Below are positions 40,489 through 50,048 of a stretch of DNA of 64,000 bases, piece after piece (the first letter of the stretch is position 1; the number at the start of each line of letters is the position of its first letter). Location of the stretch: assembly GCA_046582655.1 (NCBI GenBank), contig JAYGDX010000027.1, positions 89,136 through 153,135 on the forward strand, given 5' to 3'. This DNA is from Candidatus Poribacteria bacterium. Lineage in GTDB: Bacteria > Poribacteria > WGA-4E > UBA9662. The notes under the pieces are model-generated. The model ran no database searches. It was not told the origin of the DNA and worked only from the letters and a program-made list of their open reading frames with translations. Made by a program: the position numbers and the translations under genes.

Positions 40489-40644
40489 GAGCCTGTTGGA
40501 AGGTGTGATTTATAAAAGTAAGGATCACGTTTTAAGGTAATCAACCATATGGTAGTAAGAAGGACGGGCAGCGGGTATAATCAACTGAGGTCGGATGTAC
40601 GCCTTACATCCGTCAACTTTAGTTGGCTCGATTCCAGCAGGCAC
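40489..40644. mobile_element. MITE-like or structured non-coding element with 13-bp imperfect TIRs and internal hairpins
   Basis: GAGCCTGTTGGAA ... TTCCAGCAGGCAC; internal CAACTGAGG..CGGATGTA-cgcct-TACATCCG..CTTTAGTTG hairpin. Confidence 0.5.
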
Positions 40645-40708
40645 TCATTTAAACCTGCTTAGTTGTTCCCGATCCAAATTATTGCCCTCAAGGTGAGATC
40701 TGAGACAG

Positions 40709-41671
40709 GTGAAAGATAATCACGTACAGTTTGCCGTAGTCAGAGAAGACCCGAAAATAGAGGCGGAATTAGTTTGCTTACACCAAGTTAGCGAAGTGCT
40801 ATTGATTGCCTCTGGTGGCTGTACAGCACTGACACTACAGGCATTGTTTCCTGATCTGCGTTTAACCCTTCTTGATCTCAATCCAGCACAATTGGAGTTA
40901 ATCAAGAAAAAAAGGCAGGCACTCACTGACACAAATATACGCCCCCACGCCTTCAATATCGGGACAAGCGATTCAAGGGGACTCAATCAGTGTGGAAACT
41001 TTGAATCTCTATTTCGGGGATTGCGTGAGTTTATCTTTGACCTAGTGGCTGACGAAGAGCAGGTTCGAGCGTTGTTTGAGGAGAGAGGTGGGCTTAAACG
41101 TGCCACGGAACTTCTCTTTTCGAACAGATATTGGCCAGTAGCGTTCGATCTGTTTTTTAGCGATTCACTTCTAAACACGATGTTTGGACCCAATGCGACG
41201 CAGCATGCGAAGCCCGGAAGTTACCCAAAATACTTTCAGAAATTATTTGAAAAAGGGCTGATGTCTGACCAGGCATTCGACAATTATTTTCTCCACCATG
41301 TTTTTCTTGGGTACTATCTCGATCGGCCCACCAGCCTACCGCACTACCTGACTGTCTCACCACCCGATTATCACTTTCAGATGGTGGAAGGGACACTCGA
41401 TCAGGTTTCCGACTTAGGTTGTTTCGATCTGATTAGCCTATCCAACATCATGGACTGGATGTCACCGGCTGATATCACCACCCTTTTGGTTAAGCTTCAA
41501 AACCAGATGAAGTCGGGAGCGATTGTTCTTTATCGCCAACTCAATAATCCTATAGATCTGGAGACTGAATTCGGTGATTCATTTCAGTTTGATCCAGCTT
41601 TGGGAAATAGGCTATTGGAAGCCGAACGAAGCTTATTCTATTCTAGCATTCACGTCGGGAAAAAGAGGTAA
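40709..41671 (+). CDS. DUF3419 / BtaA-like SAM-dependent protein
   Basis: REDPKIE, IASGGCTAL, DLNPAQL, DNYFL, LSNIMDWM, typical of DUF3419. Confidence 0.82.
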   Translation: MKDNHVQFAVVREDPKIEAELVCLHQVSEVLLIASGGCTALTLQALFPDLRLTLLDLNPAQLELIKKKRQALTDTNIRPHAFNIGTSDSRGLNQCGNFESLFRGLREFIFDLVADEEQVRALFEERGGLKRATELLFSNRYWPVAFDLFFSDSLLNTMFGPNATQHAKPGSYPKYFQKLFEKGLMSDQAFDNYFLHHVFLGYYLDRPTSLPHYLTVSPPDYHFQMVEGTLDQVSDLGCFDLISLSNIMDWMSPADITTLLVKLQNQMKSGAIVLYRQLNNPIDLETEFGDSFQFDPALGNRLLEAERSLFYSSIHVGKKR

Positions 41672-41677
41672 CTGGCT

Positions 41678-42391
41678 ATGAACACACTTATTAAACAGAT
41701 CTTGAAAGAAACAAATCCGCAAATGAATCCATACTTTGTATCTTTGCGAAATGGTACTTTTGACAAAGATGATTTTGTCGAAACACAGATTCAATTCTAT
41801 TTTGCTGTAGTGTTCTTCAATCGTCCAATGGCAGCAATTGCAGCCAAGATTCCGGAAGCGGAATTGCGCTTAGAGGTTATTCGCAATGTGTGGGAGGAAC
41901 ATGGAGAAGGTAATCCATCGCTGATGCATGGAAACACATTTCTAGCGTTCCTAGATCGACTAGCAGAGATTAACCTCGAAGACATTGCGGTACGGGCAAT
42001 GTGGCCCGAAGTTCGTGCTTTCAATACGACACTTGTTGGTGCTTGCGTGATGGATGAGTACCTGATTGGCGTTGGGGTCTTGGGGTTCATCGAACTTATA
42101 TTCTCAGACATTGCGGGATGGATCGGGCAAGAAATTGTGAATCACGGTTGGATTTCGGCAGAACGATTGATTCACTATAATCTGCATGAGGATCTGGACG
42201 TTAAGCATTCAGACGATTTTTTTGATGTGCTTCGTCCACCATGGGAAGCTGATGTCGAAAATCGCTACTATATTGAGCAGGGACTGCGTCTTGGCGCATT
42301 CATCTTCAATTCGCTTTATGAAGATCTTTACAATGCACGAACGCGTAGAATCTTTCGCGATGTGCGTGGACCACATACGCGAGCGTCGTAG
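41678..42391 (+). CDS. Heme-oxygenase-like diiron oxidase (HDO; CADD/PqqC/TenA fold)
   Basis: NVWEEHG...H, GFIE, HEDLDVKH give the E/H/E/H/D/H diiron ligand pattern. Confidence 0.85.
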   Translation: MNTLIKQILKETNPQMNPYFVSLRNGTFDKDDFVETQIQFYFAVVFFNRPMAAIAAKIPEAELRLEVIRNVWEEHGEGNPSLMHGNTFLAFLDRLAEINLEDIAVRAMWPEVRAFNTTLVGACVMDEYLIGVGVLGFIELIFSDIAGWIGQEIVNHGWISAERLIHYNLHEDLDVKHSDDFFDVLRPPWEADVENRYYIEQGLRLGAFIFNSLYEDLYNARTRRIFRDVRGPHTRAS

Positions 42392-42412
42392 TATACTTTA
42401 GATTGGGACTGT

Positions 42413-43234
42413 GTGATGCAGAAGCGTCCTTTCAATATCCGAGGATTACGGGAAAGTGATTGGGAAATTTTTCAGGATCGTATTGCGGACTTGGAAAAGG
42501 GAACCAGCTATCCATTAGGCGGCGATCGGTTTGAGATTGATCACGGTAAAAATTACTTTGCATTCTTTACTCGTCTAGGCAAATTACACTACTACGTTGT
42601 ACTCGATGGAGAAAAAGTCATAGCAGTAGCCGCTGCAATCCTGCGTCAAATACAGCCCATTGGGAGTGAAAAGCCCAAAAAGGTATGGTACCTTTGTGAT
42701 TTGAAAGTGCGGCCAGAATCGCGCGGGCAGTACATCCCATTCAAGATGTTTGTCTGTGCCGTTCCAAAACATTATCTTCTCTGCCCACGTGGGTATGCCA
42801 TATCGATGGATACGGGTATCGGACGTAAAAATCTTGTCGCGCTTATGCTGACACGATTCCCATTGGTACCAATTTCGATTGCAACGAAGCTAGGTATCGT
42901 CTCTTTAGATTGCGAAAGAATGCGGTCCGTTGAACCAGTCCTACGAGAGTATCTCGGATCTGTGTCTTATCTTTCGCTGGAAGGGAAAAAGGACATCATC
43001 TTGGAAAGTACGCAATCCCCTATGCCACTGCTACATGTTCAGTTCGGTCATTGTGCCCAGCAGGGATATCCCGAACCGCTTGATGGTTATACACATATGT
43101 TATGTGCACCCATCGATGACCCTTTGCTTAAAGCATTGAGTTATCAAGCAATTTATCCATCTGCCACCGCAACAGTGATTCATCACCGTATGGAGGATTG
43201 GGACTGGCGATTTATACTCACCAGTGATATCTGA
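42413..43234 (+). CDS. GNAT-like N-acyltransferase
   Basis: VVLDGEKVIAVAAAILR...VWYLCDLKVRPESRGQ (GNAT motif A-like). Confidence 0.72.
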   Translation: MMQKRPFNIRGLRESDWEIFQDRIADLEKGTSYPLGGDRFEIDHGKNYFAFFTRLGKLHYYVVLDGEKVIAVAAAILRQIQPIGSEKPKKVWYLCDLKVRPESRGQYIPFKMFVCAVPKHYLLCPRGYAISMDTGIGRKNLVALMLTRFPLVPISIATKLGIVSLDCERMRSVEPVLREYLGSVSYLSLEGKKDIILESTQSPMPLLHVQFGHCAQQGYPEPLDGYTHMLCAPIDDPLLKALSYQAIYPSATATVIHHRMEDWDWRFILTSDI

Positions 43235-43427
43235 CTAAGACATAAGGTAGGAGGTTTAGAATTTCATTGCCTAATTTAGTTGCCAATCAAGTCTGAAATT
43301 AAAGCTATGTCCCTCCGAAGAAGTAAGCGAGGCATTGTTTGGGCTCAAGACGAGGGGATTTGGGGCAAAGGTATTGAGAATAAATTGAGGCAATACTTAT
43401 CAGCCACTTAGCGGTTCAACTCAGTTT

Positions 43428-44819
43428 ATGAGCTACCAGAATGTGTCTTACTATATTCATAATCAAGTCAACTTTTATTTATTCATGGTAAGAAGACTTG
43501 TAAGCATGCTGGCGATATTCTTGCTACTGTTATTGCCCACTGCGGCCAATGACGATGGCATTAGTGCCGAGGCAAAGCGCTACTGGCCGCAATGGCGTGG
43601 GCCTTTGAGTACTGGTGTTGCGCCGTATGCCGACCCTCCAGTGGAATGGAGCGAGAGTAAAAACATCCGCTGGAAAATCTCAATGCCGGGCAATGGGCAT
43701 TCGACGCCAATTGTCTGGGGTGATCGCGTATTCATCACTACGGCTGTCCCTTACGGCGACGTTTTGGAACCCAGATATAGTGATGCTTTAGGCTCACATG
43801 ACAACCTGCCGGTAACACATCATCACAAGTTTGTGGTCCTTGCCTTAAGCCGCCACAACGGAAAGATTCTCTGGCAACGAGTGGTGCATAAGGAATTGCC
43901 GCGTGAGGGGGGACATTATACAGCCAGCTTTGCCTCCAACTCGCCAGTGACCGATGGTGAACATCTGTTTGTCTTCTTCGGCTCACACGGACTTTACTGC
44001 CTTGACCTCGACGGTGCAGTCCAATGGGAAAAGGACCTCGGTCAAATGCAGACCAAACACGGACACGGAGAGGGAAGTTCGCCGGTGCTTTACGATGATA
44101 CGCTGATTATCAACTGGGACCATGAAGGCCAGTCTTTTGTGGTTGCTTTCGACAAAAATACTGGGAAACAGCTTTGGAAGGTTGAACGTGAAGAAGTGAC
44201 ATCGTGGGCGACGCCAATCGTGGGCGAGCACAAAGGTGCACCGCAAGTCATCATCAGCGGTACCAGTCGTGTGCGGGGTTACGACCTAGCCACCGGCAAT
44301 GTTATCTGGGAATGCGGAGGGCTTTCTGCCAACATCGTGGCTTCGCCAGTGGCGGCCGATGGAATCGTTTATGTTGGTAGTAGCTATGAAAAACGTGTAT
44401 TGCTGGCCATCCGACTGGACGGTGCCCAAGGAGATATTACCGGTAGCGACCAAGTGGTGTGGACCCGCAAACGAGGCACCCCGTATGTGCCGTCACCGCT
44501 ACTTTATGGAGAGTGGTTGTACTTTCTTCGCCATTATCAGGGAATCCTGTCACGGGTAAGGGCGAAGACTGGCCAGGAGAGGGATGGCCCATTTCGACTC
44601 GGTGGCATTGGCAACGTCTATGCTTCGCCGGTCGGAGCCGCCGACCGCTTGTACATCACCGACCGTTCGGGCACAACGCTGGTAGTTAGCCACGAGCAGA
44701 ATCCCCGCGTACTGGCACAAAACCAGCTCGACGACTATTTCAGCGCCTCGGTAGCTATTGCTGGCTGTGAACTGTTCTTACGAGGGGAGAAATACCTCTA
44801 CTGTATTGCCGAAGAATAA
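43428..44819 (+). CDS. Secreted PQQ-binding-like beta-propeller protein (BamB-like, PVC-type)
   Basis: WPQWRGP, repeated SSP/ATP/ASP and G...W blades; true start probably later (MVRRLV or MLAIF). Confidence 0.88.
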   Translation: MSYQNVSYYIHNQVNFYLFMVRRLVSMLAIFLLLLLPTAANDDGISAEAKRYWPQWRGPLSTGVAPYADPPVEWSESKNIRWKISMPGNGHSTPIVWGDRVFITTAVPYGDVLEPRYSDALGSHDNLPVTHHHKFVVLALSRHNGKILWQRVVHKELPREGGHYTASFASNSPVTDGEHLFVFFGSHGLYCLDLDGAVQWEKDLGQMQTKHGHGEGSSPVLYDDTLIINWDHEGQSFVVAFDKNTGKQLWKVEREEVTSWATPIVGEHKGAPQVIISGTSRVRGYDLATGNVIWECGGLSANIVASPVAADGIVYVGSSYEKRVLLAIRLDGAQGDITGSDQVVWTRKRGTPYVPSPLLYGEWLYFLRHYQGILSRVRAKTGQERDGPFRLGGIGNVYASPVGAADRLYITDRSGTTLVVSHEQNPRVLAQNQLDDYFSASVAIAGCELFLRGEKYLYCIAEE

Positions 44820-44968
44820 AAGTATTTGACCAGCTATATTCATCACGTGGCTTAGTAAGGTGAGCAGCGGCAAGATCGTAGCGAGCCAGTCCGGTTCAGA
44901 AATGCCTGGATGCGTCATGTGAAAAGTTACAACGAATGCCAAGACTTAAACCTTCTTGGCTGGATTAG

Positions 44969-45004
44969 AGGTTGTTGGCCAACTACTGACAACCTTATTT
45001 TTTC
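44969..45004 (+). terminator. Rho-independent terminator-like hairpin
   Basis: AGGTTGTTGG...CTGACAACCT followed by a T-rich run. Confidence 0.45.
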
Positions 45005-45172
45005 ATGGATTGGCATCATCGCTTGACACTGATTAGCCCAAATGCTAGAATCGAATTTGTTAGTTAAATAATATAGCATCTACAAGCCAGGACTGGATCT
45101 TGACCCCCATTTTACTCTGATCAACACGGGTGGGAATACTTTCTGGGCTTAGAAACGCAGATCTCCCAACCC

Positions 45173-46235
45173 TTGATTATCCAATCAATTGATTTGTTTC
45201 AATTTCATGAGGTTTACTTGATGCTGGCCATTAGTCAGAATGGTGTTGTCGGAATTGCTACTACCCATACCAGAGTTTGTTATTGGTTGCCGATGCTCAA
45301 AGATCTAGTTGTACTGGCCTTTATTGGACAGGATGCTCGACACTTAGAACAACTTGTTAATCGTGTTTATGTCTACCAAAACAATTACAAGTACCGAGGT
45401 TCTCCCTTCTAGACCTGTGTGGCCTATGTCGAGGCTAGCCTATGGGACCTGTTAGGGCAAGCGACTGATCGATCGGTAAGTCAATTAATGGGCGGTGCTT
45501 AGCGAACAGAAATGCCTACTTATCTATCGAGTGTGAGACAGGATACCACTCCATAGGAAGAGATCAACTAGATTGGACAGCGCTTGGTGGAGACAAAGGT
45601 TAAAGCAGTCAAGATGATAATCGGTGGGCGAATACAGAACAATGTTGACTCGATGTCAAATCGCATCAAGAAGCTAATCTTGCTGGTGCGTAAAACCTGA
45701 GGGTCGGAGATTATCCTCTACGTTGATGCCAATGGTTCCCACGGCCATCAAAAGGAAATTGAAGTGGGCAAATTTTAGATGCTAACAACTGCAGTTGATT
45801 TAGGAACCGTGTCCGCTTGAGCTGTATAAAGCCACATGCAAGGTCGGGATGTGGCTGGTGGTGAACAGAACTGTAACTTGGGACAGTTCCGACTCATGAT
45901 CCGCGATCGCTACGTGAATGTGATTCACCCCGATCTGGTGTATAATAGAGGATTAATTTGTACCTTACAGTGGGCTAAGTGGCAGAAGTGGCAGGCATCC
46001 CATTGTGCCTTATAGTTCGAAGCATAATCCAGAACTGGCAACACTGCTTCATTTTGCTGTTGTTTGTTGGCACACGGGGCCGTTCATGGAGTTTCCTGCA
46101 CGTTCGGTGACATACGATGATTGGTACCAGCCACAATTCAGAATTGAATCTGGTGGATTGGTTGAGGTTCCCACTGGACTAGGATTGGGGATTTCCTACG
46201 ATCCGTTGATTTGAGATGCAGTTGCTGAAGTCTAA
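45173..46235 (+). pseudogene. Mandelate racemase/muconate lactonizing (enolase superfamily) pseudogene
   Basis: FIGQDARHLE...VEASLWDLLGQ...LMGG*...YVDANG...VAGGEQ...PTGLGLG, with several in-frame stops and frameshifts. Confidence 0.85.
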
Positions 46236-46307
46236 CCAGAGATCGAACTCAAATTCAAGCACTCGGAAAACGAGATTCGGTGATAGAAATAACTTTAGGA
46301 GGAAAGC

Positions 46308-47714
46308 ATGCACTTTAACACCATTGTTGAAGTAGCTAAACTTATCCAGTCCAAACAACTCTCACCGATCGAACTGACGCAGATGCAACTGGAACGCATT
46401 CAGCAGTGGGATCCACACCTCAAAAGTTATGCTACATTGATGGCAGGACAGGCTATGGATACGGCTAGGCAGGCCGAGGCCGAAATTATGTCGGGGCATT
46501 ATCGAGGACCGCTGCACGGCGTACCGATTGCCGTCAAAGACCTGTGCTATACCCGTGGCGTTCGCACTATGGGTGGGGCTCAGGTCAAGGTTGATCATGT
46601 CCCAAATCATGACGCTACTGTGGTACAAAAATTGGCTGGCGCTGGAGCGATTCTGTTGGGTAAGCTAAACCTGACCGAAGGCGCCATGGGGGGATATAAC
46701 CCCGCCTTTCCTATCCCAATCAATCCGTGGCATCCAGAACGCTGGACCGGGTCGTCCTCCAGCGGATCTGGTGTGGCCACCGCCAGCGGAATCTGTTTCG
46801 GTTCTTTAGGGAGTGATACGGGCGGGTCCATCCGTTTCCCTTCGGCAGCTTGTGGAGTGGTGGGCCTGAAACCAACTTGGGGCCGTGTCAGCCGCTACGG
46901 TGTCCTGGCGCTGGCTGAATCGATGGATCATATCGGTACTATGACCCGCAGTGTGGCTGATGCCGGACTGATGCTGCACGCCATTGCCGGTCCCGACCCC
47001 AATGATCCGACCACCTTGCCCCATTCGGTGCCAGAGATGTTGGACAAACTGGGACAAGGGTTGACCGGTATCAGAATCGGTTTTGACCAACACTATGCCA
47101 CCTCAGATGTCGACCCGGAGCTGGTCGCAGCCGTTGGTGACAGTGTCGATGTGTTGGTCGATCTGGGTGCCGAGTTAGTTGAAATCGAGTTACCGGATAT
47201 TGATCCGTTTGTGCTGGCTTGGCCAGTGCTCTGCACGGCAGAAGCGGTTTTAGCCCATCAAGCTACCTATCCGTTGCAACGAGAGACTTATGGGCCATGG
47301 TTCCGCGGTTGGTTGGATAAAGGGGCAAATGTCACTGGGGCTGACTACGCCAGAGCTAATAACCTCCGAGTTGCTTGTAACGGCCATTTCCAGCGCGCCA
47401 TATCGGAAATTGATATTCTAGTTTGTCCTTCTATGTCGGCGCCACCACATCCAGTCACGGCTGAGACGTTGTATGGTCCCATGACTGACCGACCGCCGAA
47501 GTTCCAAAGATTCACCGTCCCCTTCAACTATAACGGGATGCCAACGCTTTCTCTCCCCTGTGGCTTTACCAGCGACCATCTCCCGCTGAGCCTACAATTG
47601 GTGGGGAAGCATCTATCTGAACCTTTGCTGTGTCAGGTTGGGCATGCTTACCAACAGGCCTCCACCTGGCATCAGCGTCATCCAGACCTTGAACGTGTTC
47701 GCACGGCTAACTAA
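46308..47714 (+). CDS. Amidase signature family amidase
   Basis: PLHGVPIAVKDL, GSSSSGS, GSDTGGSIRFP, GLKPT; AGGAGG RBS. Confidence 0.92.
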   Translation: MHFNTIVEVAKLIQSKQLSPIELTQMQLERIQQWDPHLKSYATLMAGQAMDTARQAEAEIMSGHYRGPLHGVPIAVKDLCYTRGVRTMGGAQVKVDHVPNHDATVVQKLAGAGAILLGKLNLTEGAMGGYNPAFPIPINPWHPERWTGSSSSGSGVATASGICFGSLGSDTGGSIRFPSAACGVVGLKPTWGRVSRYGVLALAESMDHIGTMTRSVADAGLMLHAIAGPDPNDPTTLPHSVPEMLDKLGQGLTGIRIGFDQHYATSDVDPELVAAVGDSVDVLVDLGAELVEIELPDIDPFVLAWPVLCTAEAVLAHQATYPLQRETYGPWFRGWLDKGANVTGADYARANNLRVACNGHFQRAISEIDILVCPSMSAPPHPVTAETLYGPMTDRPPKFQRFTVPFNYNGMPTLSLPCGFTSDHLPLSLQLVGKHLSEPLLCQVGHAYQQASTWHQRHPDLERVRTAN

Positions 47715-47738
47715 GGACCAAAGAAAGGAGTTTCCCAG

Positions 47739-48509
47739 ATGAGATTTGGAGTTTGTGCACCATTAGAGAAAATGGATCGACTGGCAGAGGTCGGTTACGA
47801 TTATATTGAGTTGGGGGTACAGAGTGCTTTGATCCCTGAAAAAGATGAAGCCGAGTTCCAACAGATTCAAGCCCAAGCACTGAGCCATTCCATCAAAGCC
47901 GAAGCTTATGCTGGATTTCTGCCTGGTGACCTGCGCGTCGTTGGTGATGAGATCGATCAGCAGCGGTTATCCAGTTACGTGGAAACCACCTGTCGTCGAG
48001 CGCAATCGTTGGACAGCAAGATCATTGTCTATGGCAGTAGCGGTTCCCGCAACGTAGCTGAGGGTTGCGACTTTGATCGAGCTTTGGGCCAAATCGCCGA
48101 CTTTTTATCGATGGCTGCTGACCATGCCGAAACCCATGGTATCGTCATTGTCATTGAGCCGCTTTGTGCCCGCGAGTGCAACATCATTCAAACTGTGGCC
48201 GATGGACTGGCCATGGCCAAACGTGTCAACCGTCCCGGCATCCAAGTTCTAGCCGATCTGTATCATGTCTGGCAGGAATCTGAACCGATGTCCAATATCG
48301 TTGATGCCGCTGAGTGGCTGGCACACGTCCATATCGCCGAACCAGTTAAACGGTCTTATCCGGGAAACGATAGTTTCGATTTTTTTGATTTCTTCTCTGC
48401 CCTTAAAGCAGCGGGGTATCAGGGACGAGTCTCCTGCGAGTGTAGCTTCGACGACTTTGATTGCGATGTTGAAACGGCCTTACATACTATGAAATCTTAT
48501 CTGGAATAA
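47739..48509 (+). CDS. Sugar phosphate isomerase/epimerase (TIM barrel)
   Basis: GYDYIEL, IEPL, DLYH, HVHIAE, GYQGRVSCE. Confidence 0.88.
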   Translation: MRFGVCAPLEKMDRLAEVGYDYIELGVQSALIPEKDEAEFQQIQAQALSHSIKAEAYAGFLPGDLRVVGDEIDQQRLSSYVETTCRRAQSLDSKIIVYGSSGSRNVAEGCDFDRALGQIADFLSMAADHAETHGIVIVIEPLCARECNIIQTVADGLAMAKRVNRPGIQVLADLYHVWQESEPMSNIVDAAEWLAHVHIAEPVKRSYPGNDSFDFFDFFSALKAAGYQGRVSCECSFDDFDCDVETALHTMKSYLE

Positions 48510-48824
48510 ATTAAACCGTTCTGTAGACTTAATCAGGAGGATAACATGTCGGACTGGGTCAAGCAGCTTCCTTTGGGGGCGTGTACCCATCCCATGCGAA
48601 ACCCCATCTCAGCTTGGTTTTGAACAGCGGATCAACGCCCATTTGATTGCGTTGGGCATGGCTTTAGCCCACTATAATTGATCCAACACCCACAAATCTC
48701 GCATGCTGATAGTACATATAATGAGCTCAACCAGTCGATTGTCTTCTTCTGCGTCAATGAGGCCTTAGTAGGCATCCGCCCGCGACTGAACTAAATCGTT
48801 AGGAAGCAAACTCAGGAGAAAAAT

Positions 48825-50004
48825 ATGCGTATCTTATCGGCTTGGTTGGTGTTCTACATCATTGTGTTCTATTGTGTTTTAAAGGTGGAGGCCACACCAA
48901 AGATTGAATTCTGGAACCAGCGACGCAAAGGAGCCAATTACTTTAACCAGTTACCAACTCGTGAGCGGTTCGAGGCCGGACGAGAACTCGGATTGCAATT
49001 CGTTCGACTTGCACCCGACAAATGGGAGTCTGCTGACCGCGATTTTCTGATAGGTAACGCGGACAAATACGAGGCGATTAATGAGAAGGACTTAAATCGG
49101 TTAAAAAAGGTGCTCGACGACGCAGACCAATTAGGTTAAGGTGGTGATGACCATGTTGGGTCTGCCTGGTGCACGTTGGAAACAAAACAACAATGGTAAG
49201 GATGATCTGCGTCTGTGGAGTAATGAGCGGTATCAGAGGCAAGCAATAAGGTTTTGGCAAGACTTGGCCAAACGATTGAAAGCACATCCGGCAGTGGTCG
49301 CCTATGACCCTTTGAACGAACCCCATCCCGCTCGAGCGTTGCTTGACATTGACGAGGTGAAATCAGTGGTTTTTAGCGACTGGTTCACAGCCTCAAAGGG
49401 AACGGTCGCTGACTTGAACCGATTCAATCGCCGAATCGTTGCGTCGATTCGGGAGGTTGATACCACGACTCCCATCGTACTGGAAACCTATGCCTACAGT
49501 TCGGCGGACGGATTCCGATCCTTGGAACCAGTGACTGGCGATGCCGTCCTTTATTCATTCCACTTTTATGAGCCTTGGAACTATACAACCAAAAGGGTCA
49601 ACAACGGACGATTTGCTTATCCCAATCGGATGCCAGTTGGATGGTCGGGGAACGTGGAGAGATGGACACGAACCCGTTTACCGCAAATGATGCAACCTGT
49701 GGTGGCATGGATCGACCTCCATAACGTGCCGGCGAATCGGATAATGGTCGGTGAATTCGGATGTAACCGGGAAATGGTAGGTGCACGACAATATCTGGCA
49801 GATCTGATCCAAATTTTTAACGGCCAAAAATGGCATTGGGCCTTCTACGCCTATCGTGAAGATACCTGGACGGGCATGGATTATGAACTGGGCACAGGCA
49901 AGTTGGGCTGGAAATACTGGCAGGCAGTTGAAGGTGGGAAGCAACCGGAAAAGCTGAGGGGTGACAACCCGTTATTTGATGTACTCAAGCGAGAGTTCAG
50001 GTAA
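48825..50004 (+). pseudogene. Secreted GH5 (cellulase family) glycoside hydrolase split by one frameshift near 49137
   Basis: Signal peptide, KGANYF / YDPLNEP, HFYEP, VGEFG, WHWAFY; QLG* is followed by KVVMTML in a shifted frame. Confidence 0.82.
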
Positions 50005-50048
50005 CTTCTTGGCTGAAGCATCTCAGACTAATCGAATCCCGGGCGAAA

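Noticed and set aside
40622..40648. tRNA T-arm-like GTTGG-CTCGATT-CCAGC
   Set aside because: No matching acceptor 5' strand, D-arm or anticodon arm at tRNA spacing; better explained as the right inverted repeat of the 40489-40644 element.
40709..41671. Calling the gene btaA of DGTS betaine-lipid synthesis
   Set aside because: No btaB methyltransferase is adjacent, and the protein is shorter with different neighbours; only the family-level call is supported.
46308..47714. gatA
   Set aside because: No gatB or gatC neighbours and GatA-specific segments were not recognised; treated as a general amidase.
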